A stretch of 64,000 bases of DNA, from the NCBI GenBank assembly GCA_010909165.1, contig VJWM01000218.1:62001-126000 (forward strand), written 5' to 3'. The position numbers and the translations under genes were made by a program. The notes beneath the pieces are model-generated. The model was not told the DNA's origin. It did no database searches and worked only from the letters and a program-made list of their open reading frames with translations. This DNA is from Anthoceros angustus. Taxonomy: Eukaryota > Plantae > Anthocerotophyta. Positions 37,721 to 50,972 of this stretch are shown here, one piece after another. Positions within the stretch are counted from its first letter, which is position 1, and each line of letters starts with the position of its first letter.

Positions 37721-38514
37721 GCATTTTTCAACTTGTATTGAGTGTAGAAGTAATGGCTCATACAAGGCACAAGTGGGAATTATAATATGCATATGTCGTT
37801 CACCCTTGGACACCCTTTTTGTTGGGAAGGTGTGGTATTGAAACGGGGAGATATTTTCTTGTCGTATATTTATTGAAGAATTTAACTGAACTTATTATGT
37901 TAACAATAAACAATAATTCGGATTTACTAACTATTGATCTTTTTGATGTCAATACGACATTAAAGGGAATGTGTTACCTGACCCCATCATTTCACTCCGG
38001 GAACAAGGATGTGGAAATGCATGTCACACCATTTGGTCTACACCCTGTGGCTTTAGCTGCATCTGATACGAGAAGACGATCCCCCAGACTCATGGGCCCC
38101 ATTGCATATAGCACCAGCCCAAGCCGTTGAGAGGGATGGGAGAAAAGTGATAGCAAGCCTGTCTACACAGCACCAAGCAGCAGGTGGAATTGAAGGACAA
38201 GACTACCGCACCAGTGTGAATACGCAAGTTTACTGAGGAGTGGCAGAAATGGTCATCAGCGTGCAGCAACTCTCAGGCAGCATAATCCCACAACCGAACA
38301 CCCTCAGTCGCAGAGCTGAGGCTTGGCAGGTAGCTGGAAACCAGTGAGCACTGCATCTTGCAGCATGATAGACCCGAGCTCGCGATGGAGAAAGAATTAG
38401 GACACAGGACTTAGAATATCTAGGAGATTGGAGACACAGGGTAGCCGCAAAAACCCCTTAGGTTGAAAGGTCCTCTCATGTTACAGCACATTGGTATGCC
38501 AAAAATGAACCTAC

Positions 38515-39675
38515 CTAGCTCAGCACCGCGAGGACATCTGAAGCCCTCAGGACAACGTATTGGGTCCCATCCTTTCCTTTGAAGTCGTTTCCTGCATACT
38601 TGGAGTACAAAACGCTGTTGCCAGAGGAGATCTGCAACGGCTTCCGCACACCGTCATCACCGAGAGGTCCAGGCCCAGTCGCTACAACCTGCTCACAATC
38701 GCAAAACAGAAACCAGATAGAATTCAGTTCAGCATCACAATTCCAATACCGGGCAGGTAGCTAGGGTTTTAGCTTACTCACGGTCCCAATGACAGGCTTC
38801 TCCTTGGCACTGTCTGTGAGCAACACCGCCCGCTGTTTTGTCCTCTGCTTCTTGAATCTGACATCCGCAGAGGCGTGAGCGGGCCCCGAGCACAAAGATA
38901 GTGTAAAGAGAAGATTCTGCTGATACATCACCTTAATGAGCACTCTGTCGTTCAGAGGCTGCAAATCCTTGATGTCATCAGTTTGCAGAAGCCCGACAAC
39001 ATCATCTTCCTTCAGCAAGAGGTGGTCTTCGCCGTTGAACTCCACCTCTGTTCCAGCGTACTTCAGTACACAATGGAGTTACCGGTCTGCGCAGATAACG
39101 GATTATTCCCCGGAAGCTACAGCCAACAGGTTTAAGGATATCCAAGCCAGCAGCAGCAGATTGACTGGGGATCCGAGTTCGGTTAGGCTGCACAAGCGAA
39201 TGAATGGAATCCAACCTGAACGCTGAGTGCAACCTTTTGTCGCCGAATGTCTTCCGTCCCCGACGGCAACAACTTCGCCACCTTGAGGCTTGGTCTGAGC
39301 AGTGGTCGGGAGAAGAATTCCGCCGCTTGTCTTCTCCTCAACAGTCTCGATCTTCACCAGAATACGGTCTCCCAGCGGCTTCAAGGTTTTGAACTGATGC
39401 AACAAAACAGATAGTGACAATCCTTCCGACACTGCAAAACACTCGAGATTGCCGCAGCTCGCCAATCAAGCAAAATTAGGTTTCTGTCGCCAAACCTTAG
39501 GCGCCACTGCAGTGGCGGCTCTGACGCACCCGCCGTTGCATCGTCGACGCAATGGAACCAGAGGCAGTTGAATGCGCACAGGTGTGGCCTGTCGCAAGCC
39601 CTCGAACGTGCTAATGCTCCAGGTTGCCGACGCCTGCAGAGGCGAGCGCAGCTGGGAACAGGCAGCCATTGACAT
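38515..39675 (-). CDS. CPN20: Chloroplast 20 kDa co-chaperonin (tandem GroES domains), multi-exon
   Basis: Transit peptide, then [85 protein letters not shown] and last exon [27 protein letters not shown] few single-base gaps are probably sequencing errors. Confidence 0.93.
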
Positions 39676-39754
39676 TGCCGGAAGGATCACGGGCAACGAT
39701 GCGGAGTACTCCCTGAAAAGAAACGGGAAACGAAGTCTGGAGAACTGAATAAAT

Positions 39755-42482
39755 TTAGCGCTTCTTTACAGCAGCAGGCTTTGTGCCCCTACCTGTACTA
39801 AGACCCGGTTTGCTTTTGAAGCTGCCCACAGCCTGCGACGGTCGGGACTTGCTCAGGGGCCTAGATGGTCTCTTCGAGTCAGTGCCGGATCTTTTCGGAT
39901 CCGAACTTCTACTACCTACTTTCCTTTCTACTGATTTTGGTGATGAGCCTCTTGCAACCTTGAGAGCACCAGACGGACTGCGAACCAATCCTACTTTGGT
40001 TCCCCTTCTGGTTCCCGCCTTGTCACCCTTCCGTCCTTCCTTCTCCTTCTTTGTTCGAGCTTCCAGCTTCTTTATCACCTCCAGCTTTTCCCGGCTTCCT
40101 ATAACTCCCTCCAATGACTCCCCTTTGCTCATGGCCAGCTGAATTTGTTCCGCAAGCGTCTGGCTGTGCTTGGTGAATAAACTGGTTACTTTTCCTGGAG
40201 AAAAGGCCACAATATAGATGAGAGGCGGTGAACAATTTAATAAACAAATAACAGTCGGCCTACAAGTTCACGCGGGTCAGCATTACCTTTGGCACCCATC
40301 CGCGCTGTCCTGCCTGTTCGATGAAGGTAGTCAATCTGGGCACAAGAAAAGCCATCAGGAGTCAGAGACTGGCAGGAGAATAAGACGAACCACGATGTAG
40401 GTCAGCAGGGCAATCAACCGATCACGCTGTTTGGAACAATGCACACTCACCGAATTCAAGGGGAAGTCGAACATGATGACTTGGTCCACGACGAGGTCAA
40501 GCCCACGTGCAGCCAGATCGGTGCAAATCAAAGGAGGTACTCGAGTCTGGTTTCCAGCTCGGAATTTATTGAGATTTTCAACCCTGCATGGCACATCGTA
40601 CGGTCGGTTGAGGTTCTGTTGGAAACTTTAGCCAGCGAGAATGCGAGAAGGATTACAAGAAGCAAAAATGTCCCGTTCACGCAAATGTGCATTGAGTAGG
40701 CCACGACCAACCTTTCTTCTGCAGGAACCTCCCCATGATAGTTTACTGTGGTCATACCACTTTCTCGAAGGTGATGGTCCACGGCACGGCATGAAGAGAC
40801 AGTATTGCAGAACACCATCACGCGATTCCCCTTGGAAACACTTGGTTCCAAAACCTGCCACTTGCAAACCAGATCAGGCAAGCTATGAAACTAAGGGGAG
40901 TCCAAGATTTAAGTCCCAGCAAGCTACAGTTACCTGAAGCAAAGAATCGAGCTTGTTCTCCGAGCCTGATATCTTTATGAACTCGTGTCGTGCAGTTGCA
41001 ACCTTCTTATGTAAAGTGGAGGTGTAGAGTCTTTTAATGCCTGGAAATTCCTCATCCAGCAGCTTTTGCACTGCCTGCGAGGATGCATCACAGAATATGA
41101 AGCTTCCTTGCAGATCTGGAAAGCGAAAGCAATGAAGGGAAGCCCACCACTAATCCCTCACCTTGGTGATTGTGGCAGTGACCAAGACAGTTTGGAACCC
41201 TTTGCCCCCAGGCTGGGATGCCCGGTTTCTTAAGGGGCGAAGAAACTTGCGAACTTCAGGGGCAAAACCCTGGTCAAACATTGTGTCTGCCTCGTCCAAA
41301 ATCTGACAGGACCATGAGAAGAATGTAAGCTGGTCACGGCTACCAGAATGGAGAAGTATGGTTATCAGTGAGCAAGTACAACAGTTAGCTAGAGTTCAAA
41401 AGCTCACCACATACTTGATATCACCATAGACCATATTCCCCTCTTCAATATGCATCAGCAACCTCCCTGGTGTCCCGACAACCATGTCCACAGGACTATT
41501 TAACGTATATTCCTGAGGTTTCATTCTTGAGCCACCCCCGATAATGGCTGCACGAAATCGGGCGTGGTGGCATATCGATTTTGCTACTTTATAGACCTGG
41601 CAGATAAAGCACAATCGCAGTCACATTCACGACACTACCAGCCCTGCTCACATTGTATTGATGCAGAGAATAGCGGCCCAAGGGACAAACCTGCTCAGCC
41701 AGCTCCCTAGTGGGACAGAGAACCACTGCTCTTGGTCTTCTTGGCCTAGTTGAAAAGCCGTGGAGAGCTTCCTCCGTTCTCAAGGCCTGCACCATCCCAT
41801 GGAAGAGAACAATGCGTACTTAGTCGCCTGCTGTCACAACATTTTCGAGGAGAAACCCAATTCTGGGCATCAGCAACGCCCTTACATTGCAATAGGATCA
41901 CAGACCGTAATCCAACAACAAACCGCAATAGAATCAAATGAACTACTGCAAAACCAGACATTCAATCTCAGAAAGACGCAAACACACCTGAACAATAGGA
42001 AGCATATAGGCAAGAGTCTTGCCGGATCCAGTATGCGATGCAACAACAACATTCTCTCCTGCTAGCACCGCAGGAATGCCAATGCGCTGCACTTCGGTAG
42101 GCTTCTCTATCTTCAAGTAATCCAGCGCAACCAGAAGCTCGTCAGTCAAGCCAAGTTCTCCGAATGTTTCCGGCAACGGTGCAGGTGGCTCTGCAACCGG
42201 CTTCTCCTTGACCACTGGCATCCTGCCAGCAGCTCGTGCAGCATCTTTGATCTGCCTCGACCTGAACTTCTCGAGCAGCGCAGCCGTGTTCGACACAGAC
42301 CCCGAATTGTCTGTACCTACAGCCACTTCAGCTGGAGCCAGACTCACCGGCCGTGCCAGCGCAACCGCACACCATTTGCGAGCAGGCACTCTGCTGGCTG
42401 GAATGTGAAATGGAGACCGGCAAACAAAGGACAGCACTGTGCGGCGCGACAGCAGAGCCATGTTACGCACTTCCAGCACCAT
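39755..42482 (-). CDS. RH39: Chloroplast DEAD-box RNA helicase, RH39-like, multi-exon
   Basis: Q motif [95 protein letters not shown], basic C-tail. Start is 42482 or 42461. Confidence 0.9.
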
Positions 42483-42934
42483 AGTCACAGCGAAGAAGAA
42501 TTGCAAGGGATCCGCTACCGCATTTCTCAATCCTCGTCTCCTTCGAGATTTGCTCCCAGCTCCAATCCTGTCTTGCAATCTACCGGCTCCTCAGCTCGCA
42601 CACACAAATCATCATCATGCATCACTTCCCGTCGCTCGCGGATCAGAGATTCAGATGCGATTTCCACGTCTCACCCAAGCCCTAGGTACAGTCTCAGGGG
42701 GTTTAAGGATTCAAAGATATTTTTTGGCTAACCAGGAAAGGAAACGGAACGGGATCGACAACTGTAACACAGGAACTGGGAGAAGAGTATGTGAATGTGG
42801 AGCCTTTGGAGACAGGATGATTCAAGGGCTCGGAATTGGTGAGGAAGGGCTGGGAATTCGTGTGCTTTTGATGTGATGTGAATTGTGGATGAAGATTGTG
42901 AGGAGGAGGAGGAGGTGCAATCGAGGCTAGGGGA

Positions 42935-44636
42935 ATGGCTCTGCATTTCTCTCAGCTTTCAATTTCTGAAGGCACGCACACTCTGCTGGGTGGTGCTTTG
43001 CCGACACTTGGTTGCAGTTACTTCTGCCTTAGAGCTCCTCCTCTACAGTGTAGAAGGAAATCAGGCTTCCAGCCAGTTCAGGCAGGAGGCAAGCCGGACT
43101 CGGATGGAAAGCCCTCACCTATATCGTTTGGTGATCGACTGCTGGATTACATTGAAGGTGTCTCTTCTCTCATTTCCTATTTTCAGTGTGCCTGTAGGAC
43201 TGTCTTTGGCGGGACTGACCAGTGTGGCCGTAGGTGGTCCGAAGTTGAGGAAATGGTATGGAGCTCCCGAGCAGCTCCCCAAGGACGGGGGAGCGTCTGA
43301 GCAGGATGCCAGCAATGCTGACAGTAAGGATAGTCGAATGGGTTGTTTGTGATTGGTTCTGCAATTTCGGGATCGCTGAGGAGCAAAGGATGTGTTGCAG
43401 AGCAGGATGAGCTGGAGGTAGAGGGGCAGAGAGACGCGGTGTTGGTTACTGATGCTGACAGCGATACTGGCCAGGTATAGATGGTTGCATCAGAACAATG
43501 GTGAAGCCTGGAGTAGTTGCCTGGAGTGCTTACGTCTGTTCGCTTGTCTGTAAACAGTTAATTGTACTGTCGCTCATACTCAAGCGTGCGCGTGTAAGGG
43601 CTCTTGTAAAAGATGTGCGAGCAGCTACAATTGCTTTTGGCTCCTATGTTGAGGTAGGTACACAAATGCCAATCCTTGTCCAGTGCTTGAGCATGGGATA
43701 GTCTTTCACATGGAGCTGACATCTCTCCATGCAACAGCCCGTGATTGGAGATGTAAACGACAAACTGAGCTTGAAGAATGCTCTGCGAGGAGTTAAAGGC
43801 ATAATCTGTCCGTCAAAGGTGGATAGCTTCCTGTCGTGTGTTGTACCGAAGCAGCAACTTTACATCTTAGGAGTTGCCAAATATCTGATGTGACCATGTT
43901 GAATGTCAGGTCGGTGCCTTGGGAGATCCAGGATTGCTCAAGGGGGTAGAACATATTGTTTATCTTTCCCAGGTATGTTCATGACCTTTTCGTCCCTGCC
44001 ACTGATTCGAACCCACGGCAGTACAAATGACAGAATGATCCATACTGTGCAGCTTTCTGTGTTCAGGGACAATGAAGGTTTTGGATCCTTTTTCACACAA
44101 GGGAGCAGAAATCAAGTCGAGAAAGATGAAGCCACGATCGCCAGATTGGGCATTCCCCATACCATCGTGAGGGCTGGCTCTTTGCGAGATGAACCTGGTG
44201 GCCGGCTAGGTTTCAACGTCGGACAGGTTATCATCGCTCGGTATCTGTTCACACTTACCTGGTACTGAACGACATGCAGGCATCTGAGCAAGGACTTCGT
44301 ATGCTGTTTGGGAACGTGTGCATCTCAGGGTGGTAAAGTCAGTGGCAGCATAAGCAGAGAAGATGCTGCCAATGTCTGCGTCAGAGCTCTCGACGCTCCA
44401 CCACAAGATGGTCTACTGTTTGAGGTAGTGATATGCCACCCAGTGCACACTTTGCAGTCTGAGACAGAACTGCTGCATTCATCTTCAGAAGAAGGGAAGT
44501 TCATGAAGGCAAGCTACATCCTCTGAGGAGGCTCTGTGTCTGTGAACCTTGGCAGGTGGCTAATGGAGAGCAGGAGATCAGTGACTGGCAGGCGTTGTTC
44601 AATTCCCTCACCGAAACTCCAGTTCTGTCTGGATAG
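42935..44636 (+). CDS. NAD(P)-binding Rossmann-fold (atypical SDR) protein, probably plastid-targeted, multi-exon
   Basis: GDRLLDYIEG|GPKLRKWYGAP, DAVLVTDADSDTGQ, LILKRARVRALVKD, GIPHTIVRAGSLRDEPGG, SISREDAANVCVRAL..FEV|ANG; GT-AG introns. Confidence 0.85.
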
Positions 44637-45220
44637 CTACTATTCCAGTTCATCGACTCAAAGCATCGTTATCCCCACAAGAAGATCATGTCACATACCT
44701 CGGTTTCTCCGATCAACGTGGATGGTAGCAACACAGAGAGCGTGAGACGTCTTTGTAAAGGGTTGGTGTACAGAACTCCTACCCAAGGAAAGGTCTCGGG
44801 CACCTGGAAACCGACCAGCCCGATGATGGAGATGTTTAAGTGCGTATTATTCTTAGTTTGGGGTGTCAAAGGATTTTAATACTCTAAGACTAATAATAAT
44901 TAATATTTAAGTAATCGTGGCTGTCACTGAAAGCGCGAGGAATCACGGCTTGCCACGCAGAAACAGACGCTCCTTAGGACCACGTCGAGCTCCCTCCATG
45001 CAACACGAGGCCTCCAAGACCTCGCTCCATACAACGGTAGGCCTCCAAGATCTAACGAGTTAGCACACAATATTAGGCCTCCAAGATCTCACTCCATACA
45101 ACACCGCCAGGCTCTCATCCATGCATTAGTGACTATTCATCACAAAAATTCTCTTCCAGACCATTCATCACAAAATTGATCACAAAATTGAACTTGAATT
45201 TGAGATGTGTGCACTGATCC

Positions 45221-45420
45221 ACTTGAGCCGGAACCCGGATGGACATAAAGTAGATTTGGAGCTTAGACATGAACAAGACTTGAGCCGGAACCCGGATGGA
45301 CATAAAGTAGATTTGGAGCTTAGACATGAACAAGACTTGGAGCCTTGAACATGAACAAGACTTGGAGCCTGACCATGAAGAGGAATTGGAGCTGGGACAT
45401 GAAGAGGAATTGGAGTTTAT
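45221..45420. repeat. 57-bp duplication plus ~21-bp degenerate tandem repeats
   Basis: acttgagccggaacccggatggacataaagtagatttggagcttagacatgaacaag twice, then ttggagc..catgaa units. Confidence 0.8.
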
Positions 45421-46291
45421 ACGTGAAGAATTCGAGCCTGCGCATTAACAGGTTTGTAGCCTGAGACTTTTCATAAGGCCTCTATTGAATTCGATGATGC
45501 AGTAGAATTGCCGCTACAATTGTTACATGAAAATATGCATGAATTGCACGCAGAAGGACAATGTGTAGAATTGGAGGTTGATGGTAACCATAGCATTGCA
45601 AATATGGATGAAGATCAAGCACTCCAAGCAGTGATGCCATCGCAGTGGATGGGCGTGTTATACAGTTTTCTATCACAAAGAGATTGAGGGAGGTGGCCAT
45701 GTTGCAGATATCCTGCGCTAGCCTACCATGAGGAAGCTTCTCGCTGCCAAGTCTAAGAAGAAGCAGATTTAGTCCTTTGCACATTTTCAGCTTGTAATAG
45801 CAGATGAGTGGATCACAACAGAGGCAAGGAAGAAGGAGGAAAAGGCTGTTCTATCAGAGGAAAAACAAAAGAGGAAGCAGGCTCATATCTTGGAAAGATT
45901 GAGAAAGGAAGTGGTTGCAGCGGAATGGAGAAACAAAAACCTGTGGCCAATTCCAAGTAAGGCTGAGAAGAAACTAGCTATGGTAAGATGGAAAGTTGAA
46001 GCGAGAAGGAGTCAGATGCTGTTTTGGACGACAAAGCTCCTGCAATCTTGTTGGTGAATCTCTTTCCAAGACATGACAATTTAGACCACTCACAAAGTAC
46101 TCACTCATAGTACACAACCATACATGTTTGGTAATCAAAGTACTCACTCATAGTACACAACCGTATTTGGTAATCAACACTCTTTTGGCTGCTGCCCTTG
46201 ACTCCGTATCTCCTCCGAGCTAGCTCTCTAGAAAAGCATGTTTGCGATCCTCTAACCCATTTGATCGGCATGAAGACCCTTTTTATAAGAG

Positions 46292-46458
46292 ATTCTAGTA
46301 AACGAGTTAAAAATAAAAACTAAAATAAAAGTGAAAATAAAAACTAAAATAAAAGTGAAAATAAAAATCATTTATGGAAGCTGCATGTTGCAGCTTCCAC
46401 AAATGATTTTTATTTTCACTTTTATTTTAGTTTTCATTTTTAACTCGTTTACTAGAAT
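46292..46458. mobile_element. Foldback/MITE-like near-perfect inverted repeat
   Basis: attctagtaaacgagttaaaaat...ggaagctgc-atgtt-gcagcttcc...atttttaactcgtttactagaat; left arm has one extra ~23-bp subrepeat. Confidence 0.7.
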
Positions 46459-47696
46459 GTTGACTGAACTGGGTGAAACCATCCACTCCAAAAGCACCAA
46501 CTTAGGCAATTGCAACGTTCTTATTTGCGAGTCCGCTAGAAAAAGAAAGGTCTTATTTTCGGATGTTTGGTGGCCCGAGTTCTCATGGCTACTTCGAAGA
46601 GCCGATCCACAGTTCTATGAACAGTGACTTGGCTGGAGTGACTGGCTACTTTGGATACCGTGTGGGCCGGTCGGCGACCGGCGGTCGTGGAGGCTCCGTG
46701 CCCAAAGCACTAGACACACATGCCATCGTGTCGCCCATGGCTGCCGATTACACGCAAGCTGCTGCTGCTGCTGCTGCTCGCTGCTGAAGAAGAGGGGGCC
46801 GAAGGATAGGAGAGCAGCCCGGTCCAGCGCGGCCAAGTGTCCCATCGATTCCGGGCTTCTGTCACCCACGGAATTGGGCGGACGATCTGCTTGCATTTTG
46901 GGTGCAGGAATTCCTGGCTGGGTCCTCGTTTGGTAGAGCTGAAGGCAGGTTGTTTGTGTGGATTGGATCAGAGGGACGGGGACTAGGCATTCTGGTCAGG
47001 ATTCGGGAGCATTTGGAGGGAATTGTGTCTAGGGAAGGGGAGGAGTGATTTCAGTGTGTGAAGCACAGCGCATGGTTTGAGCAGGAGGCTCGATGCCGGA
47101 GCGCTGGGTGAAGGTGGAGAGGCAGAAGCGGAGCCGGGCGGCGGAGGCTCGGGAGTGTGCGTGGTGCGGACGGAAGTGGGGTCTGAGGGGCCGGAAGAAA
47201 CCGAATTGAGCACATTGCGGCCGGATTGTGGGATTTGAGGTACGAGGTTGGATTGTTGGAGGTTTTTGAGTCCGGATTTTGTTGTGGGCGGTTGTGAGGG
47301 GGAGGGTATGGAGGGGGACGAGTTGGGTTGTTCGCATTTTGGTGTGCTGGCAAGTGGTGGAGGCGAAGATTAGTCCGGGCTGCCGTGCTGGCTTTCTGTA
47401 GCAGTTGTTGTGCTTTGGGAATGTGAGGTTGAGGTTACAACCGTTGTGTTACTGGTGCAGGGCCTGTAAGCTACTTTGGTGTAGGACAAGGCATTGCTGC
47501 ATTTCTGCGAGAGGGGTCTGTTGGGCGTTTGAAAAGGTCAGTGTTTTCAGCTTGACAGGGAGGCTTTCTTTGTGGGTTGTTGTTGTTTATTTACGTTGTG
47601 AAGGGAGCCAGGATAAGGTCTTTGAGTAGGTCAGGTAGGATGCTGGTCGCGGAGTGCAAAAGATAACGTTTTAGTATGTGGGTTGCTGGTTTCAGG

Positions 47697-50600
47697 ATGG
47701 CAACTGAAGAGGAGGTTTCCCAGACTGTGACAGCAGACTCGGAAGCGGATTTGAGCATGGATGAGAGGATGGCTGCTTGCTTGCATTTGCAGCACAAGCA
47801 GGAGGTGAATCAGCTGATGGCGGCGCACCCAGTCACCAATGCTGATGCAGAGTTTAGAAGGGGTCTGGAGGAGCTGGTGCGCGACCATCTGAATACATGC
47901 ATGGCTATTGCTTCCTGCAGTTCTGCCAATGATGGAAGAAGCAACTCTCTTTCTCGCACACCCTCCATCTCTTCGGTTCATGATGAGGGCAGCTCTCACA
48001 GCCAGCATCACCATCATTCCTCTTCGAGTGAGGAAGATGAAGCACATCTCGATGGGGCAAGTCAGTCTGGGACATCTAGCAGTGACCATCACCACCACCA
48101 CCAGTTTGATTTGTCAGTTCATATTGATGGGCAGCCTGGCGAGGCAGCAGGTGGCGGAGAGGCTGACATGTTAGCATGTAGTGTACAGTTAGGAGACAGT
48201 GGCACACCTAATAATTCACCCTCCAGGTCACAATCCAGAATACTGAGTCGATGGGATGCGCGGCAAGCACAGGAGATGATTACAACTATGGAGAGGCAGG
48301 CGCGAGAATCAGAACTTTTGGCCCTTGCCAGCCTGCACACAGTCTCTATGTTGGATGCATCTTTCTTGCAGGAGTCTGCCTCTCCAAGATCTCACAATGC
48401 TTTTGAAAGACCTCAGAGAAGGGCCTCATCACTAGTGCAGATGTGGAGGGGGCTAGAAGGAGATCACGGGCCATACCAGGATGTGAACAGGTCCCATGAA
48501 ACAACGGACCGTGAGACCGTAGCTGAAGTGCAGCAGGGCGTGATTGAACCAGAGGAAAATCGCCAAAGTGAAACTTACCTGGAAGAAAATGACCAGCATG
48601 AAGTGGAGGCAGCAGCTCATGACACGGCTGATGGTGGTGCTGATACTAGGAGCAGACCAGACGAGGGCTCACGAGGGTGGGAAGTGGATGAGCCTGGCTC
48701 TGTTGCTAGCCAAAGTCAGCAGAGGCACGATGAAGCTGTGAGAATTGGTGAAGGTGAACGTGAACGGGTCAGGCAAATTATGCAGCGATGGATGATGCAG
48801 ACTGGGGTGGCAGAAACTGGACCGATTCCCACCTCCAGCCCAAGCAGTGGGGACGGGCAGGGTGAGCGAGAAAGGGTAAGGCAGCTTGCAAGAGAATGGG
48901 CTCGTGCAAGCAGCCAGCACTCAGCTGCGGTGCTGCAAGGGAGAGCAGACTTGACACAACCACAGGGTAGTTCTCCTCCAGGCCCCCAAGGTTCACATGC
49001 AGAGTTTGGGGATGATTCAGTTGACCGGTTGGGTAGAGGGGACCAGAGTTGGCATGCCCGAAGGTACCGAGACACCCAGCTGGGTTTGGACTTGTTAGTG
49101 AGAGCCGAATTGGAAAGGCAAAGGGAGCTACAGGGCCTGTCAGAACATCGTGCTGTGTCTGACTTTGCTCATCGAAATCGTTTGCAGGTTTTACCACTTC
49201 TCCTGTCAAGTTCATAGAAGTTGTGCACGTTTTTTCTGTTTTTTTCTCTGGTACTAAGTGATGTCTTTGACCCCTCCAGTCCTTCTTGCGTGGGAGGTTC
49301 TTGCGTGGTAGAGCAAATGACGAGGAAGAACGCCGTCCATCACTAGCTGCTGGGGAGATTGGGCAACTTAGGCAGAGGCGAGCTGTCAGTGGGCTAAGGT
49401 GACTGTTTGATGTTCTGGTTGTCTTGCTTTGCTGTCAAGTTCATCAGTGCAGGCCACTGTGGAGATTTCTACAATCACCTCTCGTAATCACTTAGCTTGG
49501 TGGTAATAATCTGTGACATCTGGTTTCCCTGTTGACTAACACTCTTGTGATACAGGGAAGGCTTTCGGTTCAGACTTGAGACGATTTTGGCAGGCCAAGT
49601 CAATGACAGGCATGCTGAAGCAGTGGAGAACGGTCGGGATGCACTGAGGAGGAGGCAGCAGCGAGCCCAACACCGTGCCGGACAACCTGAAAGCCTTGAC
49701 AGAGATAGGGCCCATCTTGGGGTGGGGAGGGATTGGCATGGCATCGCAGCTGCTCGAAGAATACGTGAACTGGAAGACACAACTGCCTACAATATGGAAT
49801 TGAGGGAGCTCTTGAGCAGGTGATGATCTTCTTCAACCTCCATGATCATCCTGTATAAACCTCCTAGGAAGACATGCCATTCTTTTGACTTGCTACTGTG
49901 GATCATTTGCCGTTAATCACATGATATTTTGCCAGACGGAGTGTGACAACTGTTCTAGCAAGTGAGTTCCGGGACAGGCTGGATTTACTCATTGAATCTT
50001 TCATACAACGATCTGGGCGCTCAGCACGACCCTGGAATGTTAATGGCTCTCATCAGCCTGCATCCGGAGGTGAACAACGGCAAGGCCAGCAGCAACAAGC
50101 TCAGGCTGCAAATGTTGGAGCTGGCAATGTAGATCGACCACGCCGCACAATACCACCACCTCCGCCACCCCCGCCTCCGGTTTTCCAGTGGCCTCCAGTT
50201 CCTCAGCAGCCGCTATGGGGATCACGTGTTTCACAACACGTAGCTGAGATGGTAAATGTAAGACTTCTTCTCAGAGATACTTCTGAGAGAATTTGTTCCA
50301 GAGTATTTGAGTTAGAATGTCTAGCAACCTGAGTTTTTGTTCTAGAGGTCAATTGTTCACAGGATTAAGCATGTTCTGTATGCTATCATGAGCAGGAAGG
50401 GCAAGGCAGCAGTGACTTGAGGGCAGACGTCGGCAAGCTTCAGCGAGCATTTGGTGATTTGCAGCGGCTGATGGAGACTTGCATGGAAATGCAGCTTGAG
50501 CTGCAGAGGTCGGTCAGGCAAGAGGTTGCTGGTGCTTTGCATCGAGCCTATGGTACTGAAGGTACGTGCATACACACATTCTCGATGCAAAATTCTTGTG

Positions 50601-50972
50601 CACTCTCATCACTCCATTCAACACTACTGGTGTGCTCACCACTGGTATCCAAATCGGTGTGCTGTCCATGGTAGATGTCCCAGCATACGAGATCGATGGC
50701 ACCAAATGGGCGACAGTAAGAAAGGGCACCTGCTGCATCTGTTGTGACAAGGCCATCGATTCCCTCCTGTACAGGTTCGTTGGCAGCCTGTTACTTTCAG
50801 TGTCTGTCCCTGAAATACCTCATCTAACAAAATCCATCCTCCTCCTCTGTTCAGGTGTGGCCATATGTGCACTTGCCTGAAGTGTGCCAGTGTGTTGCTG
50901 AAGAACAGTGGGAAGTGCCCTATGTGTCGTGCACCCATTCTGGAGGTGGTTCGTGCCTTCACTGTGGCATGA
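47697..50972 (+). CDS. C-terminal RING (C3HC4, neuralized-like) E3 ubiquitin ligase, multi-exon
   Basis: [87 protein letters not shown]|[34 protein letters not shown]|[27 protein letters not shown]. Confidence 0.9.

Larger units (their letters stand above)
3961..38653. repeat. Tandem array of ~5.3 kb units, ~10.6 kb when carrying the copia
   Basis: Marker ttcgtttggtaaacccgatgacatg recurs at ~3961, ~18983, ~24272 and ~34847. Homology ends inside the CPN20 last exon at 38653. Confidence 0.9.

Noticed and set aside
39060-39260. CPN20 as a pseudogene because of apparent frameshifts
   Set aside because: Single-base gaps, mainly in short A runs, next to the error-rich array, with otherwise conserved protein; more likely sequencing error
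45480-46060. Possible transposase remnant (Lys/Glu/Arg-rich frame)
   Set aside because: No catalytic motif or termini identifiable by eye
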